64,000 nt of DNA from Myxococcota bacterium (GTDB lineage: Bacteria > Myxococcota_A > UBA9160 > UBA4427). Positions 61,817 through 64,000 of this stretch are shown piece by piece. The notes under the pieces were generated by a model. It was given only the letters and a program-made list of their open reading frames with translations. It was not told where the DNA came from and searched no databases. A program made the translations under genes and the position numbers. Where the stretch lies: the NCBI GenBank assembly GCA_028823175.1, contig JAPKBZ010000015.1, positions 3,523-67,522 on the forward strand, in the 5' to 3' direction. How positions within the stretch are numbered: the first letter of the stretch is position 1; each line of letters begins with the position of its first letter.

Positions 61817-63568
61817 GTGAGCTATCAGGTCATCGCGCGAAAGTGGCGCCCCCAGACCTTCGACCAAGTGACGGGCCAGGAGCACGTGACCCGTGCGCTT
61901 CGCAATGCCGTTCTCGGCTCGCGGATCCCGCACGCCCTTGTCCTGGCCGGACCTCGGGGCGTGGGCAAGACAACCCTTGCCCGAATCCTCGCTCGCTCGC
62001 TCAATTGCGACGAGGGCCCCACCGATACCCCCTGCGGAACCTGCGCCTCCTGCGCCGACATCATCGCCGGCAACTCATCGGATGTTCAGGAGATCGATGC
62101 GGCCAGTCGAACCGGGGTCAACGATATTCGCGCCGTGATCGAAGCGATCCGTTACGCCCCCTCACCCGGAAAGCATCGCATCTTCGTCATCGACGAGGTT
62201 CATCAGCTTTCCAGCGCCGCCTTCAACGCCCTGCTCAAGACCCTCGAAGAGCCACCGCCCAGCAGCCTCTTCGTGCTCGCCACCACCAACCCTGAAAAGA
62301 TGCCGGCCACCATCCTCTCGCGGTGCCAGCGCTATGACCTGCGCCTCTTTACGACCCAGGAGGTGGCCGGTCGTCTCGAGGAGATCTGTCGCGAAGAGGG
62401 CATCGAAATCTCGGCGAGCAGCCTGCGTGATCTGGCCCGGGAGGGCCAGGGCTCCATGCGCGATTCCCAAACCCTTCTCGATCAGGCCCTCGCGTATGGG
62501 GGGGACAAGGTCGAGGACAGCACCATCGCCAAGATGCTCGATCTCGTCGATCGACACGTGCTTGAGGAAATTCTTGCGGCCTGCATCGATTCCGATGCGG
62601 CCAAGGCCCTGACCGTGGCTCACAAGGCGCTCAAGGCAGGAGCCGATCCCAAGCGCATGAGCGACTCCCTGGCCGCGTACCTCCGCGATCTCGTCGTGCT
62701 CTCTGTGGCCCCCAACGCCGAAGGCCTCGTCGAGGGGGGCGAGGCCGAACTCAAGAGCCTCGGGGAACTCGCGCGTCGGGGGGGAACCGCACGGCTGCGG
62801 CGGATGTTCAAGGCCTTGATGGGCGAACAGGAAGATCTCGCCTGGGCTCCCCAACCCGGGGCAGTCCTTGAGATGGCCCTGGTTCGGCTGGCGACCCTGC
62901 CCAGCGGACAGGACGTCGCCGAGCTCCTGGAGCGACTGCACCGCCTGGAAAAAACACCCTCTCCCCCAGGCGGGTCGGGCCCTGGCCCGGCGACCCCCAC
63001 CGGGGGATCGGCACCCGGCGGGCGAGGGAAAAAGAAATCCCCTTCCCAGACGACAGCACCCAAGGGAGCGCCCGCCCCCAGCGGCCAACCGGCCCCCAAA
63101 AAGGAAGCCGGCGCAAGCCCGAGCCCGCAGCATCAAGCGGCGGAACCGACCCGAGAACCTGGGGCGCTGGCCGCGGTCATGGATCGACTGCGGGTTTTCG
63201 CGGCCAAGGACAACCAACCCCTCGCGGCCTCCCTCGAGCAAGCCCGACTCACCAAGCACGCCGAGGACTCGCTTCAGATCGCCCCGGCCTCTTCCTTCCA
63301 GGCCAAGCGGTTGGCCGACCGCATCGACGAACTCGAGGATCTCGCAACCCGCTTCTTCCAGAAAACGACCCGGGTCGAAATCGATCACTTCGCGGAAACA
63401 CCCACCGGTGGGGCTAAGACTTCGAAGAGCGGGGCTCGCCCCCGCCAGCAACAGGAACGCGAGAAAATCCAGACCGCGCTCAACGACCCGGTCCTGAACG
63501 ATGCCATCAAAGTGCTCGGCGGGGAGATCGTCAAGATCGTCCCCCTGAGCGGGGAGCAATCGACGTGA
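61817..63568 (+). CDS. dnaX: DNA polymerase III subunit gamma/tau
   Basis: YQVIARKWRPQTF, GPRGVGKTT, Zn motif C..PCGTCASC, EIDAAS, IDEVH, SRC, GSMRD; Pro/Gly-rich linker. Confidence 0.97.
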   Translation: MSYQVIARKWRPQTFDQVTGQEHVTRALRNAVLGSRIPHALVLAGPRGVGKTTLARILARSLNCDEGPTDTPCGTCASCADIIAGNSSDVQEIDAASRTGVNDIRAVIEAIRYAPSPGKHRIFVIDEVHQLSSAAFNALLKTLEEPPPSSLFVLATTNPEKMPATILSRCQRYDLRLFTTQEVAGRLEEICREEGIEISASSLRDLAREGQGSMRDSQTLLDQALAYGGDKVEDSTIAKMLDLVDRHVLEEILAACIDSDAAKALTVAHKALKAGADPKRMSDSLAAYLRDLVVLSVAPNAEGLVEGGEAELKSLGELARRGGTARLRRMFKALMGEQEDLAWAPQPGAVLEMALVRLATLPSGQDVAELLERLHRLEKTPSPPGGSGPGPATPTGGSAPGGRGKKKSPSQTTAPKGAPAPSGQPAPKKEAGASPSPQHQAAEPTREPGALAAVMDRLRVFAAKDNQPLAASLEQARLTKHAEDSLQIAPASSFQAKRLADRIDELEDLATRFFQKTTRVEIDHFAETPTGGAKTSKSGARPRQQQEREKIQTALNDPVLNDAIKVLGGEIVKIVPLSGEQST

Positions 63569-63891
63569 GTACCCCGGACATGAACGAAATCCTCAAGCAG
63601 GCCCAACGCGTACAAGAACGCATGGCCGAACTCCAACAAGATCTGGTGCGAAGGCGCTACGAAGCCTCGAGCGGTGGCGGGATGGCGACCGCCGTCGTCA
63701 GCGGCCAACTCAGAGTGCTCGAGCTCCGCATCGAACCCTCCCTGGTCGCCGATGGCGATCTCCCGATGATTCAGGATCTCGCGGCCGCCGCGGTGAATGC
63801 CGCCCTGGAAAAAGCGCAGGCGGGGGTCCAGGAGGAGTTGCAGCAACTCCAAGGCAGCATAATGACGCCCGGCCCCGAGAGCCGAGGCTAG
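63565..63891 (+). CDS. ybaB: YbaB/EbfC nucleoid-associated protein
   Basis: ILKQAQRVQE, SSGGGMA, MIQDLAAAAVNAA; between dnaX and recR. Confidence 0.93.
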   Translation: MSTPDMNEILKQAQRVQERMAELQQDLVRRRYEASSGGGMATAVVSGQLRVLELRIEPSLVADGDLPMIQDLAAAAVNAALEKAQAGVQEELQQLQGSIMTPGPESRG

Positions 63892-63895
63892 AACG

Positions 63896-64000
63896 ATGGC
63901 CACTGGACACCGCTCCGCGGGAGGCTCATCCCCCGCCATGCAACGACTTGTGGCCGGCTTACGCCGGCTGCCCGGCGTCGGAGAAAAATCCGCGGCCCGC
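63896..64000 (+). CDS. recR: Recombination protein RecR, N-terminal fragment (truncated by the window edge)
   Basis: MATGHRSAGGSSPAMQRLVAGLRRLPGVGEKSAAR, the HhH motif of RecR, in dnaX-ybaB-recR order. Confidence 0.9.
   Translation, partial: MATGHRSAGGSSPAMQRLVAGLRRLPGVGEKSAAR

Noticed and set aside
63020-63105. dnaX -1 ribosomal frameshift site (GGG AAA AAG; CCC AAA AAG)
   Set aside because: Neither is an in-frame X XXY YYZ heptamer such as A AAA AAG. I found no nearby -1 frame stop or clear stimulatory hairpin.

Overview
High-GC bacterial chromosomal window from a Gram-negative organism (TpsB, TonB receptor, PagL, Lnt). The mitochondrial/spirochete-delta type EF-G1 and the gene content point to a deltaproteobacterial/Myxococcota-like organism (inference). 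About 55 CDS are present: lipid/CoA catabolism, three LLM (probably F420-dependent) oxidoreductases, a TetR-RND efflux operon, GH2 and GH3 glycosidases, glnS, lysA, hemJ, lnt, fusA, infA and the conserved tRNA-Ser(CGA)-ffs-dnaX-ybaB-recR block. RNA elements are a cobalamin riboswitch with an intrinsic terminator ahead of a BtuB-like receptor, tRNA-Ser and the SRP RNA. I saw no CRISPR array, transposase, integrase or prophage gene. The best candidates for undescribed biology are: (1) a six-gene cluster encoding an ArsS-type radical SAM enzyme, DedA, a disulfide reductase, a sulfotransferase, a rhodanese and TerB; (2) a GlnRS with several substitutions at catalytic-loop and acceptor-stem contact residues; (3) a YyaL/SPATA20 + LMW-PTP + fructosamine kinase trio, possibly for protein deglycation; (4) a stand-alone degenerate GGDEF protein with an intact RxxD site; (5) a RecA-fold ATPase placed directly behind EF-G1. 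All family calls come from motif recognition by eye, with no database search. Several start codons were re-picked from RBS context and are approximate.
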